Assembly (NCBI GenBank): GCA_963730185.1
Contig: CAVSQW010000015.1
Location: 64,001-128,000 of the forward strand
Direction: 5' to 3'
Source of the DNA: an uncultured Gemmatimonadales bacterium
Lineage (GTDB): Bacteria; Gemmatimonadota; Gemmatimonadetes; Gemmatimonadales; GWC2-71-9
Length of the DNA: 64,000 nt
Positions within the stretch are counted from its first letter, which is position 1, and the number at the start of each line of letters is the position of its first letter. The notes beneath the pieces were generated by a model. The model saw only the letters and a program-made list of their open reading frames with translations, was not told where the DNA came from and did no database searches. Shown piece after piece: positions 28,460-38,711 of the stretch. The position numbers and the translations under genes are program-made.

Positions 28460-29079
28460 TCCGGACCGGGCTCGGCCTGGCCGCGCTGGGCCTGGGCTTC
28501 CTGGCCGCGCTCGCCGGCCAACCCACGCCACCGGGTCGGGCAGACCCGGCGCTGGCCGCCGCCATCGGCCGGGGCGAGGGCCGGCTCGGCATCGTGGAGC
28601 TGGCTCGCTGGGTTCGCGACCGCCGGGCCGGGCTCCTGATCGTGGACCTCCGGGCCGACTCCGCCTACCAGGATTTTCACCTCCCGCGGGCGGAGCGGAT
28701 GGACCTCGCGGACCTGGCGGCCTTGCCGCCGGACGGATCTCGTACCATCGTGGTCTACGGCGACGCCGGTCCCGAGGCGGCTCAGGCCTGGGTCTTGCTT
28801 CGGGCCCGCGGGCACCGAGACGCGTTCTACGTTCCCGACGCCGTCGCCGCCTGGCTGGCCGGGGTGATGCACCCGGTCCTTCCCTCGGACGCGACCCCAG
28901 CCGAGCGCACGCTCTGGCCCGCGGTCCGGGAGCTGAGCCAGTATTTCGGCGGGTTGCCGAGGGCGGGTGGGCCGCGGGCCGAGCTGGGTCCGCTCGCTTG
29001 GACCGGCGCCGCGGCCGCGCCGGTCGCCGACCCGAAACCGATGCTCGACAAGGCCCGGAGGCAGGGATGCGGGTTCTGA
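28456..29079 (+). CDS. Rhodanese-like domain membrane protein
   Basis: IVDLRADSAYQDFHLPRA; loop 'VVYGDAG' lacks the catalytic Cys; C-terminal RRQGCGF; GTGA overlap. Confidence 0.75.
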   Translation: MIRTGLGLAALGLGFLAALAGQPTPPGRADPALAAAIGRGEGRLGIVELARWVRDRRAGLLIVDLRADSAYQDFHLPRAERMDLADLAALPPDGSRTIVVYGDAGPEAAQAWVLLRARGHRDAFYVPDAVAAWLAGVMHPVLPSDATPAERTLWPAVRELSQYFGGLPRAGGPRAELGPLAWTGAAAAPVADPKPMLDKARRQGCGF

Positions 29080-30521
29080 CCGATCTGACGCTGGACCTGC
29101 CGACCGGCGGCGCCGACACCGAGCGGTTCGCGGCGCTGCGAGCGAGCGAGTACGGCCGGCTCGACGAATCGGGACATGCCTACCTGGACTACACCGGCGC
29201 CGGCCTCTACGGCCGGAGCCAGATCGAGCGGCATCACGCCTTTCTGGCCCGTCACCTGGTCGGCAACCCTCACTCCGCCAATCCCACGTCCTCCCTCGCC
29301 ACCGAGGCGATGGAGGAGGCGCGCCGCCGGGTGCTGGCCTTCTTCGGGGCTGATCCGGCCGACTACACGGTGGTGTTCACCGCCAACGCATCGGCCGCGA
29401 TCAAGCTGCTGGGCGAGGCCTACCGGTTCGGGCCCGAGGCCGACCTGATCCTGATGGCCGACAACCACAACTCCGTCAACGGCCTCCGGCGCTACGCCGA
29501 GGCGGCCGGGGCGCCGGTCCGGTACCTCGGCCTCGATGCCGAGCTCCGGCTGGCGGAGCCGTTTCCGGCGGCCAAGGCACCCGAGGTGGGGTCGCCGGCG
29601 ATCGCGAGGGGTAACGGGCATCCGGACCGCGGCGCTCGCCGGGGACTGTTCGCCTTTCCGGGCCAGTCCAACTTTTCCGGGGTCCGGCATCCGCTCAACC
29701 TGATCGACCAAGCCCACGCCGCCGGCTACGACGTCCTGCTCGACGCCGCCGCCTTGGTGCCGACCCGGCAGTTGGACCTCGCCCGGACGCCGGCCGACTT
29801 CGTGGCGGTCTCGTTCTACAAGATGTTCGGCTTCCCCACGGGGGTCGGGGTCCTGATCGCCCGGTCCGAGGCGCTGGCCCGGTTGGCCCGGCCCTGGTTT
29901 GCCGGGGGGACGGTCGACTTCGTCTCGGTCCAGAGCGGGATTCATCAGCTCAGCCCGGGCGCCGAGGGGTTCGAGGACGGGACGCCCAACTTTCTGGGGG
30001 TCGCGGCGGTCGCGACGGGGCTCGCCTATCTCGAGGCGGTCGGCGTCGAGTCGGTCGGGCGTCACGTAGCCCGTCTCACCGGGCGGCTGCTGGAGCGTTT
30101 GGCGGCGCTCCGGTACGCCGACGGGCGCCCGGTGCTGGCCCTCTACGGTCCCGCGGGGACGGACGCGCGAGGGGGCACCGTCGCGTTCAACGTGCTGGAC
30201 CGGCGCGGCCGACCCCGCCGATACGCTCCGATCGAGAACGCGGCGGGCGAGCGGTCGATCCACCTCCGAGGCGGCTGCTTCTGCAACCCCGGCGCGGCCG
30301 AGGTCGCGTTCGCCTTTCCGGCCGACCGCTCCCGGCGGTGCTTCGAGCAACTCCCGCCCGGGACCTTCGATCTCGATCGTCTGGCCGACTGCGTGGGGCC
30401 CGACGTGGCGGTGGGTGCGCTCCGCGCCTCACTCGGGATCGCGAGCAACGAGCGGGACGTGGACCGGTTGGTGGAGTTTCTGGCCGAATGGACGCTGGAC
30501 GCCGAGGCGCGGGAGCCTTAA
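29067..30521 (+). CDS. PLP-dependent class V aminotransferase, molybdenum-cofactor-sulfurase-like NifS domain
   Basis: YLDYTG, GNPHS, FPGQSNFSG, DFVAVSFYKMFGFPTGVG, RGGCFCNPG. Confidence 0.9.
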   Translation: MRVLTDLTLDLPTGGADTERFAALRASEYGRLDESGHAYLDYTGAGLYGRSQIERHHAFLARHLVGNPHSANPTSSLATEAMEEARRRVLAFFGADPADYTVVFTANASAAIKLLGEAYRFGPEADLILMADNHNSVNGLRRYAEAAGAPVRYLGLDAELRLAEPFPAAKAPEVGSPAIARGNGHPDRGARRGLFAFPGQSNFSGVRHPLNLIDQAHAAGYDVLLDAAALVPTRQLDLARTPADFVAVSFYKMFGFPTGVGVLIARSEALARLARPWFAGGTVDFVSVQSGIHQLSPGAEGFEDGTPNFLGVAAVATGLAYLEAVGVESVGRHVARLTGRLLERLAALRYADGRPVLALYGPAGTDARGGTVAFNVLDRRGRPRRYAPIENAAGERSIHLRGGCFCNPGAAEVAFAFPADRSRRCFEQLPPGTFDLDRLADCVGPDVAVGALRASLGIASNERDVDRLVEFLAEWTLDAEAREP

Positions 30522-30610
30522 CCGGCCGGGTCATTGCCACCGGCCGGGTTCGGGGCTAACCTAGCAAAGACGCGTCGCCAGCCGATTCCCCCGCCGCCGG
30601 AGGCCCACCC

Positions 30611-31525
30611 ATGATGGACGTCCTCCATTCCATCGTGCACGTGCTGGATCTTGCAGTCGGCTGGATCTTCAGTGCCTCCTGGCTCCCGCCGGGGGACTTC
30701 AAGTTCTACCGCTGGCTGATCGTGCCGGGGTACGGCTATGGCTTCGTCCTGATCACGTTCGGGATCGCGGAGTTGTTGCGCCCGGCGCAGCCCCGTCCCT
30801 GGAGTCGAAGGACCCTGCTGAGCGGCACCTATCTCCTGCTCGCGGGCAAGATCGGGATCTACGCCATCGTCGTCGTCCCGGCCATGCGCAAGGCCTGGCT
30901 GGCTCTGGGGCTGCCGTCGGCGCACCTGGATCAGGTGCTCCCGTGGCCGGCCTACATGCTGGTCGCCGTGCTGGTGATCACGTTCACCGGCTACTGGGCC
31001 CACCGCCTCATGCACCAGGTGCCGATTTTCTGGCACATCCACAAGATCCATCATTCCGCCGAGAACCTGAACGCCGGCGCCATCTATCACATGCACTTCC
31101 TGGAGCTGTTGCTCCACACCCCAATGCACATGGTCACGGTGCTGCTGTTGGGCACGAACCTGGTCGCCCCGTTCGGAATCATCTGGAAGGTGATCGACGT
31201 CCTGGGCCATGCCAACGTCCGATTGGATCTGGGACGACTGGCCTATCTCGTCTCGACCCCGCAGGCCCACCGCATCCATCACTCGGTCGAGCCGCGCCAC
31301 TACAACTCGAACTACGGCAACACGTTCATGATCTGGGATCACGTCTTCGGAACGTTCCAGTACGATCCGGCCGATCTTCCCACCAAGTACGGGGTCGACG
31401 ATCAGGTGCCGGTGGGCTTCGTCAAGCAGCAGGTCCTCCCGCTGGTGTGGATCGCCCGCGACATCAGGCGGGGTCTGGCCGCCCGGGCCCGTCGGCTGGT
31501 GGGCAGCCCGGTCGCCGGCGACTGA
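30611..31525 (+). CDS. Sterol desaturase / fatty-acid hydroxylase family protein
   Basis: His boxes YWAHRLMH, WHIHKIHHS, HRIHHS; NYGNTFMIWDHVFGT. Confidence 0.9.
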   Translation: MMDVLHSIVHVLDLAVGWIFSASWLPPGDFKFYRWLIVPGYGYGFVLITFGIAELLRPAQPRPWSRRTLLSGTYLLLAGKIGIYAIVVVPAMRKAWLALGLPSAHLDQVLPWPAYMLVAVLVITFTGYWAHRLMHQVPIFWHIHKIHHSAENLNAGAIYHMHFLELLLHTPMHMVTVLLLGTNLVAPFGIIWKVIDVLGHANVRLDLGRLAYLVSTPQAHRIHHSVEPRHYNSNYGNTFMIWDHVFGTFQYDPADLPTKYGVDDQVPVGFVKQQVLPLVWIARDIRRGLAARARRLVGSPVAGD

Positions 31526-31573
31526 TCCGCGGGCGTCGGGGGGGGCGGATCGCGCTCCCGCCCCAGGGGCGTC

Positions 31574-34183
31574 TTGTCAGGAGGCCGGCAATCCCGCCAG
31601 GTTCCCAGGAACGCTTCTCCGGGAGCGCGCCTCCGGCTCGTGCCGAAATCTCATTCCCCCGCGGACCCGTTCTGGGCCGGGCCGGCCGACGACCTGCTCG
31701 CCGGCCTGGGCTCGTCGTCGGCCGGTCTGACGTCCGGCCAGGCGGCGGCGAGGGCGGCGTCCCGCCCGCCCGACCGTCACCGGGCGAGCCTGGTCTCCGC
31801 GCCGCGGCTCCTTCTCCGCCAGATCGCGAATCCGCTGGTTCTCCTCCTGCTTGCGGCCATGGTGGTCGCGTTCGTCGTGGGCGAGACCACGGACGCGCTC
31901 GTGGTCCTCGGGATCGTCGCGGCCAGCACGCTGCTCGGCTTCGTCCAGGAGTATCGAGCCGGCGGCGCCGTGGCCCGATTGTTGGAACGGATCGAGGTCC
32001 GGGCCACCGTGCTCCGGGATGGCCGGGAGGTCGAGCTCCCGTTTGGGGAGGTCGTCCCGGGCGACGTGATCTGCCTCAGCGCCGGCAGCACCGTGCCGGG
32101 CGACGGTCGGCTGCTCTCGGCCCGTGATCTTTTCGTCGACGAGGCCTCTCTCACCGGAGAGGCCTTTCCGGTCGAGAAGTCGGTCGACCCGGCGCCGGCT
32201 GGGGCCGCCTTGGCGCACCGGGTCAACGCGGTATTCCAGGGCACCCACGTGGTGAGCGGTGTGGCCCGGGCGATAATGGTTCGCTTGGGCCGGGAGACCG
32301 AGCTCGGCCGGGTGGCGGGCCGGCTCCGCCGCGCGCCCCCCGAGACGGAGTTCGAGCGTGGGGTCCGGACCTTCGGGAACTTCCTGGTCCGGGTGACCCT
32401 GGTGCTGGTGCTGGTGATCTTCGCGATCAACGTGTGGCTCGACCGGCCCGTGCTTCACGCGCTGCTCTTCTCGCTGGCGCTGGCCGTGGGGATGACACCC
32501 GAACTGCTCCCGGCCATCGTGACCGTGACCCTCTCCACCGGGGCCAGACGGATGGCGCGGGCCCGGGTGATCGTGCGGCGGCTCGGGGCGATCGAGGACG
32601 TCGGCAGCATGGACGTGCTCTGTGCCGACAAGACCGGGACGCTCACCGAGGGTGTGATGTCGCGGCGCGGCGCCGTCGATTGCACCGGCCGACCCAGCGA
32701 GGCGGTGGTGCTCCACGCCTGGCTCAACGCCGCCCTGGAGTCCGGGTTCGTCAACCCGATCGACGCCGCTCTCCGGGCGGCCCCACCGCCCGGCGCCGAT
32801 CCGATTCGCTGGCGCAAGGTCGACGAAGTGCCCTACGACTTCGTTCGCAAGCGGCTCAGCGTAGTGGTGGAGGACCGAACCGCGCCGGGCCGCTCGCTGA
32901 TGATCACCAAGGGTGCGGTCCGGAACGTGCTCGAGGTTTGCAGTCGGGCGGCGTTAGGCGGCGATCCCCGGGGCGAGACGGCCCCGCTGGCGGAGCAGCG
33001 CGCCCTGGTCGAGGCCCGGTTCGCCCAGGCGTCCGCGGAGGGGCTCCGGGTGATCGCCGTGGCGGCCAAGGACGTGACCGGCGATCCCACGATCACCCGC
33101 GACGACGAGACGGACCTTACCCTCCTCGGGCTGGTGGCCTTCGAGTCGCCCCTCAAGGCCGACGCCGAGGGGGCCCTGGCCGAGCTGGCTGGCCTGGGGG
33201 TGTCGCTCAAGATCATCACCGGCGACAATCGCCACGTGGCCGCCGGGATCGCCGCCAGGCTCGGCCTCGCGCCGGCCCTCCTGACCGGACCGGAGCTCCG
33301 CGAGCTGACCGACGAAGCCCTCGACCAGCGGGTCGAGGCCGTGAGCGTGATCGCGGAAGTGGAGCCCAATCAGAAGGAGCGAATCATCGTGGCGCTCAAG
33401 CGCCGCGGGCACGTGGTCGGCTTCCTGGGCGACGGCATCAACGACGCCTCGGCCATTCACGCCGCCGATGTCGGGATCTCGGTCGAGTCGGCCGTCGACG
33501 TCGCCAAGGCGGCGGCCGACCTCGTGCTGCTCGACCGCGATCTGGCGGTGCTCGCGGAGGGGATCCGACAGGGGCGCCGGACCTTCGCCAACACCCTCAA
33601 GTACGTCTACACCACCACCAGCGCCAACTTCGGCAACATGCTCAGCATGGCAGGGGCGTCCTTGCTGCTTCCCTTCCTGCCGCTCCTCCCCAAACAGATT
33701 CTCCTCAACAACTTCCTCTCCGACCTCCCGGCGATGACGATCGCGACCGATCGGGTGGATCCCGAGCTGGTGAGCCGGCCCCGCCGGTGGGACGTGCGCC
33801 GGATCCGCCGGGCGATGATCGGCTTCGGGCTGGTGAGCTCGGCGTTCGACTTTCTCACCTTCGGGCTGCTCCTCGTGGTCCTTCGGGCCGGCGAGGCGGA
33901 GTTCCAGACCGGGTGGTTCGTCGAATCGCTCCTGACCGAGCTCTTCATCGTGTTCGTGATTCGGACCGGACGGGCGGCCTGGGCCAGCCGGCCGGGGTGG
34001 CTGCTGGCGGGGGCGACGATCGCGGTGACCGGATTGGCGCTGACCCTCCCGTTCCTGCCGTTGACGCGGGTGTTCGGGTTCGTGCCGCTGCCGCCCCGGT
34101 TCCTTGGCGTTCTGGCCCTCGTGACGATGGGGTACCTGGTGGCGTCGGAGACCATCAAGCGACGGGTGTTCCGGACGGGCTGA
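31574..34183 (+). CDS. mgtA: Mg2+-translocating P-type ATPase (start may be ~31640)
   Basis: LTGE, AVGMTPELLP, DKTGTLT, PYDFVRKRLSV, GDGIND, SANFGNMLS. Confidence 0.9.
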   Translation: MSGGRQSRQVPRNASPGARLRLVPKSHSPADPFWAGPADDLLAGLGSSSAGLTSGQAAARAASRPPDRHRASLVSAPRLLLRQIANPLVLLLLAAMVVAFVVGETTDALVVLGIVAASTLLGFVQEYRAGGAVARLLERIEVRATVLRDGREVELPFGEVVPGDVICLSAGSTVPGDGRLLSARDLFVDEASLTGEAFPVEKSVDPAPAGAALAHRVNAVFQGTHVVSGVARAIMVRLGRETELGRVAGRLRRAPPETEFERGVRTFGNFLVRVTLVLVLVIFAINVWLDRPVLHALLFSLALAVGMTPELLPAIVTVTLSTGARRMARARVIVRRLGAIEDVGSMDVLCADKTGTLTEGVMSRRGAVDCTGRPSEAVVLHAWLNAALESGFVNPIDAALRAAPPPGADPIRWRKVDEVPYDFVRKRLSVVVEDRTAPGRSLMITKGAVRNVLEVCSRAALGGDPRGETAPLAEQRALVEARFAQASAEGLRVIAVAAKDVTGDPTITRDDETDLTLLGLVAFESPLKADAEGALAELAGLGVSLKIITGDNRHVAAGIAARLGLAPALLTGPELRELTDEALDQRVEAVSVIAEVEPNQKERIIVALKRRGHVVGFLGDGINDASAIHAADVGISVESAVDVAKAAADLVLLDRDLAVLAEGIRQGRRTFANTLKYVYTTTSANFGNMLSMAGASLLLPFLPLLPKQILLNNFLSDLPAMTIATDRVDPELVSRPRRWDVRRIRRAMIGFGLVSSAFDFLTFGLLLVVLRAGEAEFQTGWFVESLLTELFIVFVIRTGRAAWASRPGWLLAGATIAVTGLALTLPFLPLTRVFGFVPLPPRFLGVLALVTMGYLVASETIKRRVFRTG

Positions 34184-34371
34184 GTCGAGCCGGGGTCTGC
34201 GTCTGCCGGGACACCGCCGGAGTCGAGCCGGGCGGCCGCCGGCGACCCGGTGCGGGGGACCGGGGACCGTCGGAACGCCGGTCTCGGACTCAACCCCGAC
34301 CCCGGACCTGCCGATTCTTGAGAGGGGTGACTGCGCCGTAGCGGCGGGCCCCTCGGGAGGAGGCAACCGGG

Positions 34372-35847
34372 ATGACCACGCCGGAGCGCGAGGAAAAAGT
34401 CGAAGCCAGGATCCAGCGGATCCTGGCCCATCGGGACTTCCCGGCCCTCTCGGACCAGGTCCGTGAGGTGATCCGCCTGTCGGAGGACGAAGACGCGGCC
34501 CTCGACCGGCTGGCCGATCTGGTGCTCCGGAACTACGGGCTCACGCTTCGGGTGCTCCGAGCCGTCAATTCGATTCACTACAATCGCTCGGGGCAGCCGA
34601 TTCTCAGCGTGGCCCGGGCCATCATCCTGCTCGGCGTCCGGACCGTCCGCGACATGGCGGCGAGCTTCCTGGTGTTCGACCACTACCAGCGTCAGTCCTC
34701 CGAGCTCAAGCGACTGATGCTGCTCTCGATGGTGACGGCGGGGCACGCGGAGATTCTGGCGCAGTTCGCCCGCGGGGTGAGCGCCGAAGAAGCCTACGTC
34801 TGCGGGATGTTCCGGAACCTGGGCGAGGTGCTGATCGCCCATCACTTCCCGGAGGACTACGCCAAGATCGAGGCCGACCGGCGGGCGTCGGGCGATCCCG
34901 GGGCCGAGACCGCGGTCCGGCTGCTTGGCTTCCATTACGAGGACCTGGGTGCGGCGATGGCCCACTATTGGGGCATGCCGGTCGTCGGGGAGACGATGCT
35001 CCCAATGGGCACCGGCTCGGGCCTCCGTTCGGTCACGGCGTTAGGCCACGGCCTGACCACGCTGGTGTACCGGGGTGCCGAGCGGGCCTCTGAGGAGGAG
35101 ATCAAGCGGTTGTTGGACCGTCACAAGCGCGACCTGCCGGTCCCGGCCGGCAAGGTGGACGACGTGGTCCGTGGAGCGGCGGCGATGGTCAGGAAGCTCT
35201 TCACCGGGCTCGGTGCCACCGCCCGGGAGCTCGAGATCCTGGGGCGGAGCGATCCGGCCGTTCAGCCGGCCGTCGCCGAGGACGCCGACCGGACCACGGG
35301 GTCGGGCTACGGGCCGATCTCGGTCAAGGAGGCCCGGGAGCCGCTCCTCGGCGAGATCGCGGCGGCCACGGCGCCGGCGGACCTCGACATCCGGCGGGTG
35401 ATGCTGATGGTGCTCGAGGCCCTCCAGCGCGGCGGGCCCTTCGATCGGGTCCTGTTCTGCCTCCTCGACGACGACCGGGCCGAGGTTCGGGCTCGTCTCT
35501 CGCTCGGCGAGGGCGCGGAGGCGATGGTGGAGCGGTTCCGCTTTCCGATCGGGAACGACGGGCGGCAGTCGCCGATCGGGACGGTGATGATTGACCGAGA
35601 GCCGCTCTTCGTGACGCTCCCGACGGCCGGGCCTCGGGAGGCACGGCTGGCCCGGGCGCTGGGGGCGGCCGAGCTCGGGGTGCTACCGCTCACGGTGGAA
35701 GGGAAGTCGATCGGGTGTCTCTACTGCGACCGGCGGGTGCCGGGCGGCGCGCTCGATCCCGGCACCTTGATCTTCCTGGGGCGGGTCCAGGCGGCGGCCG
35801 AGCAGGCCATCACCCGGAGCCGACAGCACGCCGACGCGATGGCGTGA
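34372..35847 (+). CDS. HDOD-domain signalling protein with C-terminal GAF-like domain
   Basis: DFPALS, LTLRVLRAVNS, SVARAIILLG, EEAYVCGMFRNLG; GCLYCDR GAF-like end. Confidence 0.85.
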   Translation: MTTPEREEKVEARIQRILAHRDFPALSDQVREVIRLSEDEDAALDRLADLVLRNYGLTLRVLRAVNSIHYNRSGQPILSVARAIILLGVRTVRDMAASFLVFDHYQRQSSELKRLMLLSMVTAGHAEILAQFARGVSAEEAYVCGMFRNLGEVLIAHHFPEDYAKIEADRRASGDPGAETAVRLLGFHYEDLGAAMAHYWGMPVVGETMLPMGTGSGLRSVTALGHGLTTLVYRGAERASEEEIKRLLDRHKRDLPVPAGKVDDVVRGAAAMVRKLFTGLGATARELEILGRSDPAVQPAVAEDADRTTGSGYGPISVKEAREPLLGEIAAATAPADLDIRRVMLMVLEALQRGGPFDRVLFCLLDDDRAEVRARLSLGEGAEAMVERFRFPIGNDGRQSPIGTVMIDREPLFVTLPTAGPREARLARALGAAELGVLPLTVEGKSIGCLYCDRRVPGGALDPGTLIFLGRVQAAAEQAITRSRQHADAMA

Positions 35848-35868
35848 GCCGTCAGACCGGTGACCCGC

Positions 35869-37872
35869 TCAGCTCCGGAGTAGCCGTCCCAGGAGCCGGG
35901 CCAGCACGATCGGCAGCTGGGCCGGGTGGGTCACGACGGCGTAGTGACCGGGCCCGAAGACCCGCGGGCCGTATCTCGTCGCGTCCCGGTCCACGGTGAG
36001 ACAGAACGGGACAATCCCCAGGTGGCGGGCCTCGGCCATGGCCTGTCGGGTGTCTTCCACCCCGTACCGTCCGTCATAGACGTCGATGTCGTTGGGACGT
36101 CCGTCGGAGAGCATCAAGAGGAGTCGGTGCTTCGCGGCGTGTTGTCCGAGCAAGGTCGTGGCGTGGCGGATCGCCGCGCCCAGTCGGGTGTAGCCATCCG
36201 GCTCGAGCCCCGCGATCCGGCGGCGCACGCCCTCGCCGGGTGGTTCGGTGAACCGTTTGATCAGGCCGATGCCGACGTGCTCGGGGCCATGGCTCGAAAA
36301 GGACAAGATGGCATGCGGGTCGCCCAGCGCCGCGAGCGCCTCGGACACGACCACGAGGGCCTCCTTCTCGACGTCGATCACCCGTCGATCGGCGTGGACC
36401 CAGCCGTCCGTCGAGGCGCTGGCATCGATCAGGAGCGTGATCGCCGCATCCGGCCGTTCGGGACGGGTCGCGACGTAGAGCCTGCCGTCGGGCGGACGCG
36501 ATGCTCGAAGGTCCGCGAACGTCTCCACCCAGGCGTCGATGTCCACGTCGGCTCCGTCCGGCTGGCGGTGGCGCTGGACTCGGCGGGGTCGAAGGCGCTC
36601 GAAGTCGCGCCGGACCCAGCGGACGAGGCCACTGCGGGTTCGAAGAATCCGATCAGCCCACCCGGGATCGCCGTCGGTGTCGACCCGCTCCCTCACGATC
36701 GCCCCCGGCATGCGATAGCTCCGAGCGCGCCAGTCCCACTCCGGATAGACGATACCGTCCGCCCCCGTAACCGAGCGAGCTTCACGAACGGTTGGGGGAA
36801 GCGGGGCTCCGCCCTCGAGGATCTCCGCCACCGGTCCCTGCCGGCGCACCAGTCGGGCCTCAGGCAGTTCGGCCAGAAGCTCTGCCAACTCGCCCGGCTC
36901 GGCTTGGTCGTCGCGGTCGGTGGGGCGTTGGAGGCCCATGGGGTCTTCGACCTTCTCTTGCGGATCGTCGGCTCTCACGATCCAAGTTCCGGCCTGGCCG
37001 TCGTGATCGTCCTCGCCGTCCCGGGGGGTACGGATGAGCGGACGACGGTCGAGCCGGCCGACCCGCGCGGCACGGGTCCGGTCTTCGGGGCCCAGGTGGT
37101 CGGCAGTCCCGGCCTTCAGGGATGCCTCGGCGCCCCGTGGGGGCCCGCCCCAGAGCGGTACCGGGACTGGCGCTCGGTACCGGCCGGCAAGTCGGCGGAC
37201 GCCCGCCGCCTGACGCTTCGCCCAGGCGCGCGACGCCGAAGGTGAGGAGGCCGTTGGGAAGGAGGCGGGAATGGTGGTCGGATCGGCGGCAAGCGCCTCG
37301 AGCAGGAGCTGGTCGACCGCTCGCCCGGGAGCGCCTCTTGCGGGCCGCCGATTCCGAACTGCCGCGGCCCGGCTCTCACGGAGTTCGGGGAGCAGGGCGG
37401 GGAACCGGGCCGCCAGCTCGCGGTCGACGGCTACGGCTTCGGCGAGGAGATACAGGTCTCGCTCGAGGGGATCGGCCGGAAGGAACGACCCGGTGCCCCG
37501 CCGTAACCTGGCGGCCTGCTCGATGGCCAGCAGGAGAAAGCGATCGGCAGCGGCATCGTCCGGCGTGTCCTCGAGGACCGGGGGCAGGAGAATCCTCCCG
37601 CCGTCGGTCGACGCAAGCGGACCGGCCGACCGAGGCGTGGCAGGTCCGGACCGGGCCAGCCGGGCCAACAGTGTCGGCGGTGGCGGAGGCTCGGCCGGCC
37701 CAATCTCGGTCTCGCCACCGAAGAGGGCCGAGATGACGAGCTGGAGGCGTCGGCGGAGGCCGTCGAGCCCTGGCCGGTTGTTGCCGGAGGGCCGCCAACG
37801 CTGCCAGAGGTCCCGGGTCAGTCTGGTGGCGAGATGCGCGCCCTCGATCAGGACTTCCTCCGGCTCCGCCAC
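35869..37872 (-). CDS. norD: Nitric oxide reductase activation protein (vWA domain)
   Basis: MIDAS DASAS, YTRLGAAIRH, LSDGRPNDIDVYDGRYGVEDT; follows norQ. Confidence 0.9.
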   Translation of the reverse strand: MAEPEEVLIEGAHLATRLTRDLWQRWRPSGNNRPGLDGLRRRLQLVISALFGGETEIGPAEPPPPPTLLARLARSGPATPRSAGPLASTDGGRILLPPVLEDTPDDAAADRFLLLAIEQAARLRRGTGSFLPADPLERDLYLLAEAVAVDRELAARFPALLPELRESRAAAVRNRRPARGAPGRAVDQLLLEALAADPTTIPASFPTASSPSASRAWAKRQAAGVRRLAGRYRAPVPVPLWGGPPRGAEASLKAGTADHLGPEDRTRAARVGRLDRRPLIRTPRDGEDDHDGQAGTWIVRADDPQEKVEDPMGLQRPTDRDDQAEPGELAELLAELPEARLVRRQGPVAEILEGGAPLPPTVREARSVTGADGIVYPEWDWRARSYRMPGAIVRERVDTDGDPGWADRILRTRSGLVRWVRRDFERLRPRRVQRHRQPDGADVDIDAWVETFADLRASRPPDGRLYVATRPERPDAAITLLIDASASTDGWVHADRRVIDVEKEALVVVSEALAALGDPHAILSFSSHGPEHVGIGLIKRFTEPPGEGVRRRIAGLEPDGYTRLGAAIRHATTLLGQHAAKHRLLLMLSDGRPNDIDVYDGRYGVEDTRQAMAEARHLGIVPFCLTVDRDATRYGPRVFGPGHYAVVTHPAQLPIVLARLLGRLLRS

Positions 37873-37874
37873 GT

Positions 37875-38711
37875 TCAGCTCGTGAGCCGGATCAGGTCTC
37901 CGATGGCGGTGAGAAGGTCGGGATCGTCCGTCAGCGCCCCGGCCACCCCCACCTGGCAGGCCCGCTCGAACTCGATGCCCGAGGCGATCAGGCGGGCGGC
38001 GGAGACGAGGAGCCGGGTACTGGGGACCTCTGCCAGACCCTGGTCGCGGAGGCGGCGAACGGCCCGGGCCAGCTCCACCAGGCGGCCGGCGATGGCGCCG
38101 TCCACTCCTCCTTCATGGGCGACGATCGCCCGTTCCTGAGGGGGAGGCGGAAAGTCGAACTCGAGGGCCACGAAACGCTGCCGGGTGCTCGGCTTCAGGT
38201 CCTTGAGCAGGTGTTGATAGCCCGGGTTGTAGGAGATCACCAGCTGGAATTCGGGGGGCGCCTCGATCACCTCGCCGGTCTTCTCGATCGGGAGAATCCG
38301 TCGGTCGTCGGCGAGGGGGTGGATGGCGACCACCACGTCTTGTCGGGCTTCGACCACTTCGTCGAGGTAGCAGAGCGCGCCGTGTCGCGCCGCCAGGGCG
38401 AGCGGGCCGTCCTGCCAGACGGTCTCACCCCCTCGGACCAGCCAGCGGCCGGTGAGGTCGTTCGCGGTCAGGTCGTCGTGACACGCCACGGTCAGCAACG
38501 GGAGCCCGAGCCGCCACGCCATGTGCTCCACGAAGCGGGTCTTGCCGCAGCCGGTCGGACCCTTGAGCATCACCGGCAACCGGCGATGGTGGCACTCCGT
38601 GAAGACCCGCACCTCGTCGGCGGCAGGGACGTAGAACGGCTCGGCCGATGGGGGTGGCCTGACGCCCTCCGGCCCGCGGAGGGCGCGGACAGTGGCCTCC
38701 CGCGCGGTCAC
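37875..38711 (-). CDS. norQ: NorQ/NirQ/CbbQ AAA+ ATPase
   Basis: LKGPTGCGKTRFVE, YLDEVVEARQD, SYNPGYQ, LKPSTRQRF; GTG start overlaps the norB stop. Confidence 0.93.
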   Translation of the reverse strand: MTAREATVRALRGPEGVRPPPSAEPFYVPAADEVRVFTECHHRRLPVMLKGPTGCGKTRFVEHMAWRLGLPLLTVACHDDLTANDLTGRWLVRGGETVWQDGPLALAARHGALCYLDEVVEARQDVVVAIHPLADDRRILPIEKTGEVIEAPPEFQLVISYNPGYQHLLKDLKPSTRQRFVALEFDFPPPPQERAIVAHEGGVDGAIAGRLVELARAVRRLRDQGLAEVPSTRLLVSAARLIASGIEFERACQVGVAGALTDDPDLLTAIGDLIRLTS

